Source: an uncultured Cellvibrionales bacterium (GTDB lineage: Bacteria; Pseudomonadota; Gammaproteobacteria; Pseudomonadales; Porticoccaceae). From it: a stretch of 64,000 nucleotides of DNA. The position numbers were made by a program, and so were the translations under genes. The stretch spans positions 4,761-68,760 of the forward strand of contig CAJXWQ010000002.1 in assembly GCA_913062605.1 (NCBI GenBank), given 5' to 3'. Position 1 is the first letter of the stretch; each line of letters starts with the position of its first letter. The notes under the pieces are model-generated. The model was not told the DNA's origin. It searched no databases and saw nothing but the letters and a program-made list of their open reading frames with translations. Below are positions 48,921 to 56,850 of this stretch, piece after piece.

Positions 48921-49751
48921 ATGGCACTGTTAATTGGTATGGTGATTGGCTTGGTACTTGGTCTGACCGGTGCGGGGGGATCTGTGTTTGCTGTACCACT
49001 GCTTATCCTGCTGCTGTCACTACCCGTCAGTGATGCCATAGGTATCGCTCTGGGCGCTGTCGCCATCAGCGCACTCTACGGCACTATCAATAACTGGCGC
49101 TACAAAAGTATTTTATGGATTCCTTCCATCATTCTGGGGACGACTGGCGTCTTGTTCGCCCCTCTGGGTAAATTGATCGGTAATCAGCTATCTCCCTCAC
49201 TACTGCTAGTAGGCTTTAACGGTTTGGCCATTATGGTTGCACTGCACATGTGGCGACAAGCATCCAAACACCCGGAGCAAACCAGCATTGTTCGTTCTGG
49301 CCATATGACACCAGAAAATTTTGTGGGCCCTGCATGCCGTATGAGTACCACTGGGCAGTTCGAGTGGCGACCTCGCTGCGTGGGTAGTCTGGCAGCTGGA
49401 GGAATGATCGTGGGGTTACTAACCGGTTTATTTGGCGTGGGGGGTGGCTTTTTAATTGTGCCATTACTGATATTCCTCAGCCAGGTCTCCATGCAGCAGG
49501 CAGTGGGAACCTCTCTGCTGATCATCACCGCGGTTGCCACGTCAGGGTTTTTAAGCTTTACCGCCACTGCACCCAATGTGAATTGGGCCCTTCTAGGGCT
49601 TATCGCCACTGGAGGAGTTGTGGGTATGTTTATTGGCCGCCTAGTGAGTCACAAGATCGCCAGCCCGCAATTGCAAAAGATATTTTCCATCAGCCTAATT
49701 GCCATTGCCCTTATAACCCTAGCCCATCAATGGACAGCCAGCCCACCTTAA
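48921..49751 (+). CDS. TauE/SafE-family sulfite/anion exporter
   Basis: 276 aa. Two repeats of a GxGGG-containing 4-TM unit (LTGAGGSVF, LFGVGGGFL). Confidence 0.8.
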   Translation: MALLIGMVIGLVLGLTGAGGSVFAVPLLILLLSLPVSDAIGIALGAVAISALYGTINNWRYKSILWIPSIILGTTGVLFAPLGKLIGNQLSPSLLLVGFNGLAIMVALHMWRQASKHPEQTSIVRSGHMTPENFVGPACRMSTTGQFEWRPRCVGSLAAGGMIVGLLTGLFGVGGGFLIVPLLIFLSQVSMQQAVGTSLLIITAVATSGFLSFTATAPNVNWALLGLIATGGVVGMFIGRLVSHKIASPQLQKIFSISLIAIALITLAHQWTASPP

Positions 49752-49768
49752 ATGATCGGGAGCCCGCT

Positions 49769-50467
49769 ATGATTTTTAGACAACTATTCGATATCCAATC
49801 ATCTACCTACACTTACTTGATAGCCGATGAGGATACAGGTGAAGCCGCCCTGATCGACCCCGTCATCGATAAGACTGATGACTACCTGATGTTACTGATG
49901 CAACTAGAGCTTAAGTTAATTGTTGCTGCCGACACCCATACCCACGCTGATCACATCACTGCATTGGGCCTGTTACGGGAGCATACAGGCTGCCAGACAA
50001 TGGTGGGGCAGCAATCTATTGCGGAATGTGTGTCCAGTAAATTTTCAGCAGGTGATCATATTGTGGTTGGCAAACTTAGCCTGGAAATTCTGTACACGCC
50101 GGGGCATACGGATGACTCCTACAGCTTTTATCTGTCATCCGACGGTCGGTCAATGTTGTTTACTGGTGATACCTTACTGATTCGTGGTACCGGGCGTACA
50201 GATTTTCAAAGTGGTGATCCCCGACAACAATACGACAGCTTATTTGGAAGTTTACTGACATTCACCGGTGATACGCTGGTATATCCAGGCCATGATTATA
50301 AAGGCTGGTCAGTGAGCACCATTGATGAAGAAAGAACTCACAACCCGCGACTGCAAGTGACCAATAGCGATGCTTATGCCGAACTAATGGATGGTTTGAT
50401 GTTGCCCAACCCTAAATTGATGGATGTGGCCGTGCCGGCCAATCAGAAGTGTGGAAATACTCGGTAG
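49769..50467 (+). CDS. Metallo-beta-lactamase-fold persulfide (sulfur) dioxygenase, ETHE1/Blh-like
   Basis: Track ORF starts at 49583 inside the previous gene. ATG at 49769 (MIFRQLFDIQSSTYTYLI) is the usual start. THTHADH motif is present. Confidence 0.85.
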   Translation: MIFRQLFDIQSSTYTYLIADEDTGEAALIDPVIDKTDDYLMLLMQLELKLIVAADTHTHADHITALGLLREHTGCQTMVGQQSIAECVSSKFSAGDHIVVGKLSLEILYTPGHTDDSYSFYLSSDGRSMLFTGDTLLIRGTGRTDFQSGDPRQQYDSLFGSLLTFTGDTLVYPGHDYKGWSVSTIDEERTHNPRLQVTNSDAYAELMDGLMLPNPKLMDVAVPANQKCGNTR

Positions 50468-50772
50468 GCATGGTAAGTTTTTGCCAGATTCAGAACCAAT
50501 ATCGAGGCATTAGATCAAGCGACAGAAATTTTTCGAGCAGCCAAAGGTGCTTCTTATGAGGACGCCCTTAGGATGGCTACCAAAGGAAACTGCAAGCTCC
50601 TGGTAAAAAAGTTTCTGAGACTTTTCGGACAAGTTGTCAACGGCAAAATTCACCAAGATGAGCAATGGAGGACTGAAGGGATTAACGGTATAAAGGAAAT
50701 TCAAGCCAAGCTTGGAAAAGCTGATTGTTGGGATTCGGTTTGACTAGCAGTCTCTCAGAACCAAAATACTAC

Positions 50773-51116
50773 CAAAGCCCTAACCTACCAGGTTCGGTTT
50801 TCGTTCGGTGTTCTACATACAGCTTCCCATGCAGCTCATAACCGAATGACCGATTAAAACCAACTTCTGACTCCAGCAAGTTCGGCCATGGTTCGGCTAG
50901 CGGTCGACACACACCAGCAACCTCAAAAACTCCTTACACTTCTTTCCCTTACGACGCCCAAAACCAACAGTGCGAGGTACTCATAATCGATTGGTCGAAG
51001 GTTCAAGTCCTTCTGGGCCCACCATTTCTCTTATAATTCATAGGCTTGCTATAAGCTGAGCATCCGACTCTATGGGCAGAGCGGGTGGCCTTTTTTGTGC
51101 CTGTCGTTTGGCGACG
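50773..51116 (+). repeat. ~345-bp island-junction repeat unit D (contains tRNA 3' fragment 50979-51024)
   Basis: Collinear with unit C. Same GTTCGG motif layout and same 3' flank. Confidence 0.9.
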
Positions 51117-51170
51117 CCAGCACCCGCCGGCTCTAAAGCATCAAGAATACTCTCTGAACAACCACTACAG

Positions 51171-51216
51171 ACTCATAATCGGCAGGTCCCCAGTTCAAGT
51201 CTGGGAAGGCCCACCA
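51171..51216 (+). repeat. 3' fragment of a different tRNA(CAU) allele
   Basis: ACTCATAATCGGCAGGTCCCCAGTTCAAGTCTGGGAAGGCCCACCA. It has its own T arm (CCCAG/CTGGG) and the acceptor 3' strand AAGGCCC. No 5' half is present. Confidence 0.8.
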
Positions 51217-51221
51217 ATATG

Positions 51222-51249
51222 CCTCAGCCTGATAAGGTTGAGGTTTTTT
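51222..51249 (+). terminator. Rho-independent terminator attached to the heterologous tRNA fragment
   Basis: CCTCAGCC-TGATAA-GGTTGAGG followed by TTTTTT. Confidence 0.7.
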
Positions 51250-51885
51250 CTTTGCCCGCATATTGCGGCGAACAAATACACTTACACAAACCGCCAGAAC
51301 ATGCACGATAATTGCAGTCGAAAATAACCTGTACCGAGAGCCTGAGAAAGCCTAGAAGCGCTAATATCTATAGCTGAGGATGTTGGATTGGTGTGCAACA
51401 ACGCCCACAACCGGCTCCTGAGTCGAACCTGAGGTCAACGGCTAGTATTAGTTCCAACACCGAATATCTTTCTGGACAACTTCTTTAGGCAAGATTCACG
51501 CCTGAGCAACCAATCTATATGGATACATATAGAGCGACAGGTTTAACCACCCCCTTAAATTTTCGACAAGTGATTAATCATCACCCATTTTTCTACTTCA
51601 TATCAAATGCTCTCTCAGATAATAAGCCCTAGCTGAAGCGGTTTTGACAACAGCATCTTTGCCCTTGCCAACATTAACTGATAGCGATTAGAATCGCTGA
51701 CTTAGGGCAAAAAATCAGTGAGCCTAATACTCAAATCGTATAGTTAATTGCAGATCGCCCTTGACCAGCTCCCAGGAACGACTTGCTGAGCCACTGAAAA
51801 AGAATGGTATCGGAACTACCTTCAGCAAGTAACAAAACAAGGAGCATTTAGCACACGATGAGAAGCCACTGGGGGAAAACGTTTA

Positions 51886-52683
51886 ATGAGAGGCGCAATG
51901 AATGGATATCGCTTAGGTGCTACTTTTATTAAATGTATTAGTGCTGAGGTATTGGGTTCTGCTGCGGTAAACCACCCATATTTGCAAGCAATGCGTGAGG
52001 GTGATTTCCCCAATATTGACTTGGCGTTTAAGGATTTTGCATTTCAGTACGGTTTATATAGCACTATGTTTACCCGTTATGTATCAGCAGTGATTAAGAA
52101 CCTCAGTAATACTGAACACAAGAAAGTTCTTCTGGCCAATCTAGCCGAAGAACAAGGCGATACTCACGATGTTGATCTACCTCCCGGTGTGCTGGCCAGC
52201 GTAGTCGGACAACCACACGCAAGCTTATATCGCCGCTTTCAAGAAGCTCTGGGGATTGATGCCGATTACTGCAAAACTGCACAACAGTGCCAAACAAGCC
52301 TGTTGTGGGGTCAACAGTTTTTACAGCTGTGTAAGATGAACGAGTGTGTCGGTGTGGGCGCTATCGGTATTGGTACCGAACTTGTCGTTTCCCCTATTTA
52401 TGATCAGATTCTTGAAGGGCTTAAAACACATAGCAACCTGACGATGACACAACGTGTGTTCTTTGATTTGCACAGCCAATGTGATGAAGAGCATGCTGCC
52501 CAAATGCTATTGATTACCGAAGATTTGGCTCAGGATCGCACTGCTTGTGAACAAATTGAATATGGCGCTAGAATGGCTATCAACATGCGAGTTGCCTTTT
52601 GGGACAAAATGCTAGAACGTGCCCATAACTTTCCCGCCTCCACCCTCCCTGCTATTGAGAAGTTATCTGCCGTTGGATACTGA
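51886..52683 (+). CDS. Heme-oxygenase-like fold, iron-containing redox enzyme family protein (putative diiron oxidase/oxygenase)
   Basis: 265 aa, all-helical pattern. NLAEEQGD, PHASLYRRF, GTELVV and FFDLHSQCDEEHA match the E/H/E/H-D-H ligand layout of the PF14518-type family. A GGGGGA RBS lies 9 nt upstream. Confidence 0.75.
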   Translation: MRGAMNGYRLGATFIKCISAEVLGSAAVNHPYLQAMREGDFPNIDLAFKDFAFQYGLYSTMFTRYVSAVIKNLSNTEHKKVLLANLAEEQGDTHDVDLPPGVLASVVGQPHASLYRRFQEALGIDADYCKTAQQCQTSLLWGQQFLQLCKMNECVGVGAIGIGTELVVSPIYDQILEGLKTHSNLTMTQRVFFDLHSQCDEEHAAQMLLITEDLAQDRTACEQIEYGARMAINMRVAFWDKMLERAHNFPASTLPAIEKLSAVGY

Positions 52684-53419
52684 AAAAGTCTATAACGACA
52701 ATGCCGAGAAGTGGTTGCGCTTAGCACCGAGCTCCCTGTCTGATTTTACTGCGCGCCCTTTGGTGTTTGAGACCTGTGGTGAGTTAAAAGCTCGCTCAGT
52801 GTTAGACATTGGCTGCGGCGAAGGCTATTGCGCACGGGAGCTGAAGCGTCGTGGCGCTGGCGATTACCTGGGCGTGGATTTGTCTGAAGAAATGATTAAA
52901 GCTGCTCAGGCGCAGGAAGTAAAAGATCAATATGGAATCGAGTACTGTGCCTGTAATGTGGTGGAGTTTAGTCCTGACCGGCAATTTGACCTTTGCATTG
53001 CGGTGTTCTTGTTTAACTATCTGCGGGTAGAAGAAATGCAGCGCGTGTTTTCGATGGTATATGAGGCATTGCAGCCCCAGGGCCAGTTTATTTTTAGTGT
53101 ACCCCATCCTTTCTTTCCCTTTGTACGTTCTGATCAGACGGCACCCTTTTACTTTGCCTCCACAGGAAAGAACTACTTTGCAGATGTGGATCAACAATTT
53201 GAGGGAGAAATTTGGAAGCGGAGTGGAGAGCCTTTACACGTGCAGTGCGTACACAAAACCTTTGGTGATTATTTTGATAACTTACGCCTTGCAGGCTTTA
53301 CCAACATGCCCGAAATGAAAGAGCTAACCGTTACACCCGAGCTGGTCGCAATGGACGAGGCCTTCTTCTCACCACTGTTAAATGAGCCGTTACATCTGCT
53401 GTTTAAAATTTCCAAATAA
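52673..53419 (+). CDS. Class I SAM-dependent methyltransferase
   Basis: VLDIGCGEGYCARELKRRG motif I and DLCIAVFLFNYL. The start is uncertain: there is no ATG, and the track uses 52619. TTG at 52673 overlaps the upstream stop by 11 nt. Confidence 0.75.
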   Translation: MDTEKVYNDNAEKWLRLAPSSLSDFTARPLVFETCGELKARSVLDIGCGEGYCARELKRRGAGDYLGVDLSEEMIKAAQAQEVKDQYGIEYCACNVVEFSPDRQFDLCIAVFLFNYLRVEEMQRVFSMVYEALQPQGQFIFSVPHPFFPFVRSDQTAPFYFASTGKNYFADVDQQFEGEIWKRSGEPLHVQCVHKTFGDYFDNLRLAGFTNMPEMKELTVTPELVAMDEAFFSPLLNEPLHLLFKISK

Positions 53420-53444
53420 TGACGGCTGCCCCTAGGTCAACACA

Positions 53445-56186
53445 ATGCCAACGCCCAACTCGTTGATCGAACGTCTCTTTCATTACGAAGAAAATAACCC
53501 CGCTCATGAGGCAGTTGTAACCCCAACGTTTACATTGTCTTATGCCCAACTGGCCCAACTTGTAAGGGCGCAGGTAAAAGCATTTAACAATGCAGGCATT
53601 TCGGGCAACGCTATTATCGGGATCAAGTGCGCCGATGATATACAACACTTGGTGGTGTGCCTCGCCACTACTCATATTGGCGCTACATCGTGCACAATTC
53701 CCACGTACGAGGCTGCTCAAACACAAAATTCCATCATCAGTCATTGCGGCGTTACCCATACAGTTGATGAGAAGATAGCTGTAGACCCAACATCTATAGA
53801 AAAAAGGCCTCAGGAAAGCAGGCCATTAGAAAACAACGCCAATTCAATAGTAGTAGAGACACCTGCATCTGAGGCGCAGCTTTTGTTTTCCACCTCAGGT
53901 ACAACGGGTGAACCTAAACTGGTGATTCATCATGACAGCGATCTGGTAGCGCAAGCCCATCGCCACATTGTTTCTAAACAGGAACGCTTTGCCTGCCTGG
54001 CACCGATGGAGCACAACTTTGCCAAGCGTCACCGCCTCTACTGTGTAGCAGCAGGAGCGACCAATGTATTTCTTAGCGCGGAGCCGGAATCACTGGTCAC
54101 CCAAAGCCAGTCGCTAAACGTTAACGTCATGCATGTATCTGCCTTTCAGGCACAAGAATTATTAGCGATGCCTGACATCAGTAAGCTATCCAATATCCGG
54201 TTGAAGCTTGGTGGCTCGCATGTTCCCTTATCACTCCGACAGCAACTGCGAGACACCATCACCAATAATCTGCAAGCCGGCTACGGCACCACTGAAACAG
54301 GTGCAATTGCATTTACTGATCCAAATGATTTGAACGCAGGTGAAAGCGTCGGCCAATCATTGCCCGGAATAGAAATACGCGTAGTCACACCGGAAAGAAA
54401 ACCTCTTGGCATTGGTAAGCGTGGAGAATTAGCCGTTCGTTGTGAAGGTATGTTCCGCGGTTACCTCGGCAAATCCGACCTGGCTGCTACCCGGCTTGGG
54501 GATGGCTGGTTCCATACGGGTGACATCGGCTATCTGGATAGCCAACAGCGTATTCATCTGTGTGGCCGATCCGACGACATGTTTGTGTTCAACAGCATGA
54601 ACATTTACCCCCAGGATATTGAGTCTGAGATTCGTCAATATCCGGGGATCATCGATGCTGTAGTGCTTCCTAAAAAATCATCTGTACACGGTAACATTCC
54701 AGTGGCCCTAGTTGTTTTCGCCAAGCATGTGAAACAGCATCTACCCGCATTAAAAAAGTTTGTACAGAAGCGGGTTGGCGTTCGCAGCCCACGACAGTAC
54801 ATTATCGTTGATGAAATCCCGAAAAATCCCTCCGGCAAAATTTCTCGTCTAAAAGCAATGAACCTGCCAGCAAAGAGCGGCCAAATTCGTAGCGACATTA
54901 TTGATATGCTTGATCCACGCATAACAAAGCACTTGAAACCCTCGCTAATCACTGCCTTTAAAAATGGTGATCAAGATATAACTTTCCGTGAACTCAGAAT
55001 GGATTCACTGGCTCGCATGGATTTTTTGGTCGCACTAGAAACAAATTATGACACCGTCATTACACTACGAGAGTTTGCTGGGTTTCGCTACCTTGGTAAC
55101 ATTGCCGCCCATGTTTTATCGCCATCATCGCAACACGGGCTGGAAGAAGACTCTACCCTTCCAACAAGCAGTTCAAGCGACTCAAGCCACATAGCAATCC
55201 AGGCAGATTCCCTTCCCTACGTAGTGCGCTTTTTTCAACGTATCTTTAGTTATTGCCACACAGCTGCACAATTGAATAGAGCGTTCTCTACACTGGAACA
55301 CCGCTTAACTCCAATGGAAGTAGAGTGCCTATATGACTGGCACCTTAACAGCCAACTTATCCCAACAGAGGCAGCAACAAAATTCCAAACAGCGGCTTCC
55401 AACTGGCTAAAAGAAATGAAAAACTTGATGCTGAACAGTGGAAAACAGGCGCCAGAACCATTTTTTTCACGCAGGGTTGCACCTAATGCCACTCTTTTTT
55501 CTGGCGCGGGATTACCAACTGACAAGACGCTATTGATCTGCTTTCCACCGGGGGGTATTCGTCACCTGACGATACCCAATGCCACGTTAATGCAACACAC
55601 AAACTCAGCGCGTTTTGACCTATTAATTATCTCGGATCCTTTTAAGGAAGGTTATCGACTTGGTACTCCTCCATTTGGTAAATACCAGAGTGAAGTTATT
55701 GAGCAGCTAGCCAACCGAAATTTGATTAGCAAATATAGCAGTATTCGCACCTTGGGGTTCAGTGCCGGAGCCTACCCAGCACTGATAGCAGGCTATCTTT
55801 TGAAGGCAGAAATGGCTCTCAGCATAAGTGGCCGCTTCCATCGTAAAAAGAACATCCTCAAAAATTTGGATAAAGTGATTACAACTTGGAAAATGGTGCG
55901 CAAGGGGCGCTGTTCACGAGTGCTGATAAGCTACTCCACAGACCATTCTCGCGACCAAAAATATGCCAGAATCATTGGCAAAATCTCTGGTGGCAGTAAG
56001 GTTGCTATCGAAATTAAAAATGAAAAAACCAGACATTTAATTCTTCAGCGGTTGCTAGAACGTGGTGAATTAGCAGCATTCCTAGCGCGCACTATTTTTG
56101 CGGAAATGGATGACAAGCTAATTGCCACCGAACGGACAAACGTAATCATGTCCTTCCCTGCCGCCCAAATACGGCCGTCTGAGTAG
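53445..56186 (+). CDS. Adenylate-forming enzyme (ANL) - carrier protein - unknown linker - alpha/beta-hydrolase-like fusion protein
   Basis: 913 aa. Adenylation motifs FSTSGTTGEPK, GYGTTETG, WFHTGDIGYLD and PKNPSGKISR. Carrier motif ELRMDSLARMDFLVALE. C-terminal region with GFSAG nucleophile elbow. Confidence 0.8.
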   Translation: MPTPNSLIERLFHYEENNPAHEAVVTPTFTLSYAQLAQLVRAQVKAFNNAGISGNAIIGIKCADDIQHLVVCLATTHIGATSCTIPTYEAAQTQNSIISHCGVTHTVDEKIAVDPTSIEKRPQESRPLENNANSIVVETPASEAQLLFSTSGTTGEPKLVIHHDSDLVAQAHRHIVSKQERFACLAPMEHNFAKRHRLYCVAAGATNVFLSAEPESLVTQSQSLNVNVMHVSAFQAQELLAMPDISKLSNIRLKLGGSHVPLSLRQQLRDTITNNLQAGYGTTETGAIAFTDPNDLNAGESVGQSLPGIEIRVVTPERKPLGIGKRGELAVRCEGMFRGYLGKSDLAATRLGDGWFHTGDIGYLDSQQRIHLCGRSDDMFVFNSMNIYPQDIESEIRQYPGIIDAVVLPKKSSVHGNIPVALVVFAKHVKQHLPALKKFVQKRVGVRSPRQYIIVDEIPKNPSGKISRLKAMNLPAKSGQIRSDIIDMLDPRITKHLKPSLITAFKNGDQDITFRELRMDSLARMDFLVALETNYDTVITLREFAGFRYLGNIAAHVLSPSSQHGLEEDSTLPTSSSSDSSHIAIQADSLPYVVRFFQRIFSYCHTAAQLNRAFSTLEHRLTPMEVECLYDWHLNSQLIPTEAATKFQTAASNWLKEMKNLMLNSGKQAPEPFFSRRVAPNATLFSGAGLPTDKTLLICFPPGGIRHLTIPNATLMQHTNSARFDLLIISDPFKEGYRLGTPPFGKYQSEVIEQLANRNLISKYSSIRTLGFSAGAYPALIAGYLLKAEMALSISGRFHRKKNILKNLDKVITTWKMVRKGRCSRVLISYSTDHSRDQKYARIIGKISGGSKVAIEIKNEKTRHLILQRLLERGELAAFLARTIFAEMDDKLIATERTNVIMSFPAAQIRPSE

Positions 56187-56553
56187 CACGAACAGTCGAC
56201 TGAAACCATCGATAAAGGTGTATCTATCCCACTTGCGTACTGAAGCCATGGCTCTGTATCTATCCATCCGTTTAATTTAGCTTAATCCATAAATGGCTGC
56301 CCACATGTGACAAGGGCAGCTAAAACCCACAGCACAAGCTTTCGACATCACAGGTTGATACGGCCTCTCTAGCGGGATTGCCCCCCAGTCTCCCCCCTCA
56401 AGTACGCTATCGAGGGCTAAACAAGATGTATACAAGGCGAGACAGGCTTTTAAGATAAGTTACTAGTAGCAAGGGCTAGTGAGCTTGAGCGCTACGATAA
56501 AGAACGAGGTTTACCCCGTTTCGAGTAGCAAGGTATAAAAAGTAGTTCCAAGA

Positions 56554-56630
56554 GAGCCCTTAGCTCAGTTGGCTAGAGCGCTCGACTCATAATCGATTGG
56601 TCGAAGGTTCAAGTCCTTCTGGGCCCACCA
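56554..56630 (+). tRNA. Second tRNA(CAU)-like copy, chimeric: divergent 5' third, 3' 50 nt identical to the first copy; acceptor stem mispaired
   Basis: GAGCCCTTAGCTCAGTTGGCTAGAGCGCTCGACTCATAATCG... With the 3' strand TGGGCCC this gives A2.C71 and T7.T66 mismatches plus C27.T43. It may be a pseudo-tRNA. Confidence 0.6.
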
Positions 56631-56850
56631 CTTGTATTATCTATCTGCTTGTTACAACTTCCCGAATACTTCAATATTCATAGGTTAGTTCATCTCAAAT
56701 GATCATGATCTTATCTCTGATCCTCCAGAAACAAATCACTTAACCCTTATTTATTTCAGTATATTGCTCGACTTGAACCCCGTGAACTAACGGTTCATGA
56801 TCATAACTAGACGCTCACCACTTTAATCTGCAAGTTATTGGAGCTACGTT

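Larger units (their letters stand above)
43765..51024 (+). mobile_element. Islet 3 (attC-like cassette array, aldolase, BigR-type sulfur operon)
   Basis: Bounded by tRNA 3' repeats C and D. Confidence 0.5.
51025..56553 (+). mobile_element. Islet 4 (heterologous tRNA scar + three-gene biosynthetic-like module)
   Basis: Lies between tRNA 3' repeat D and the distal tRNA-like copy. Confidence 0.5.

Noticed and set aside
50484-50743. ATG-less 86-codon open frame (…IEALDQATEIFRAAKGASYEDALRMATKGN…KADCWDSV) just before junction unit D, considered as an integrase or relaxase remnant.
   Set aside because: I could recognise no start codon and no recombinase motif. It may be a gene fragment, but the evidence is insufficient to call it.
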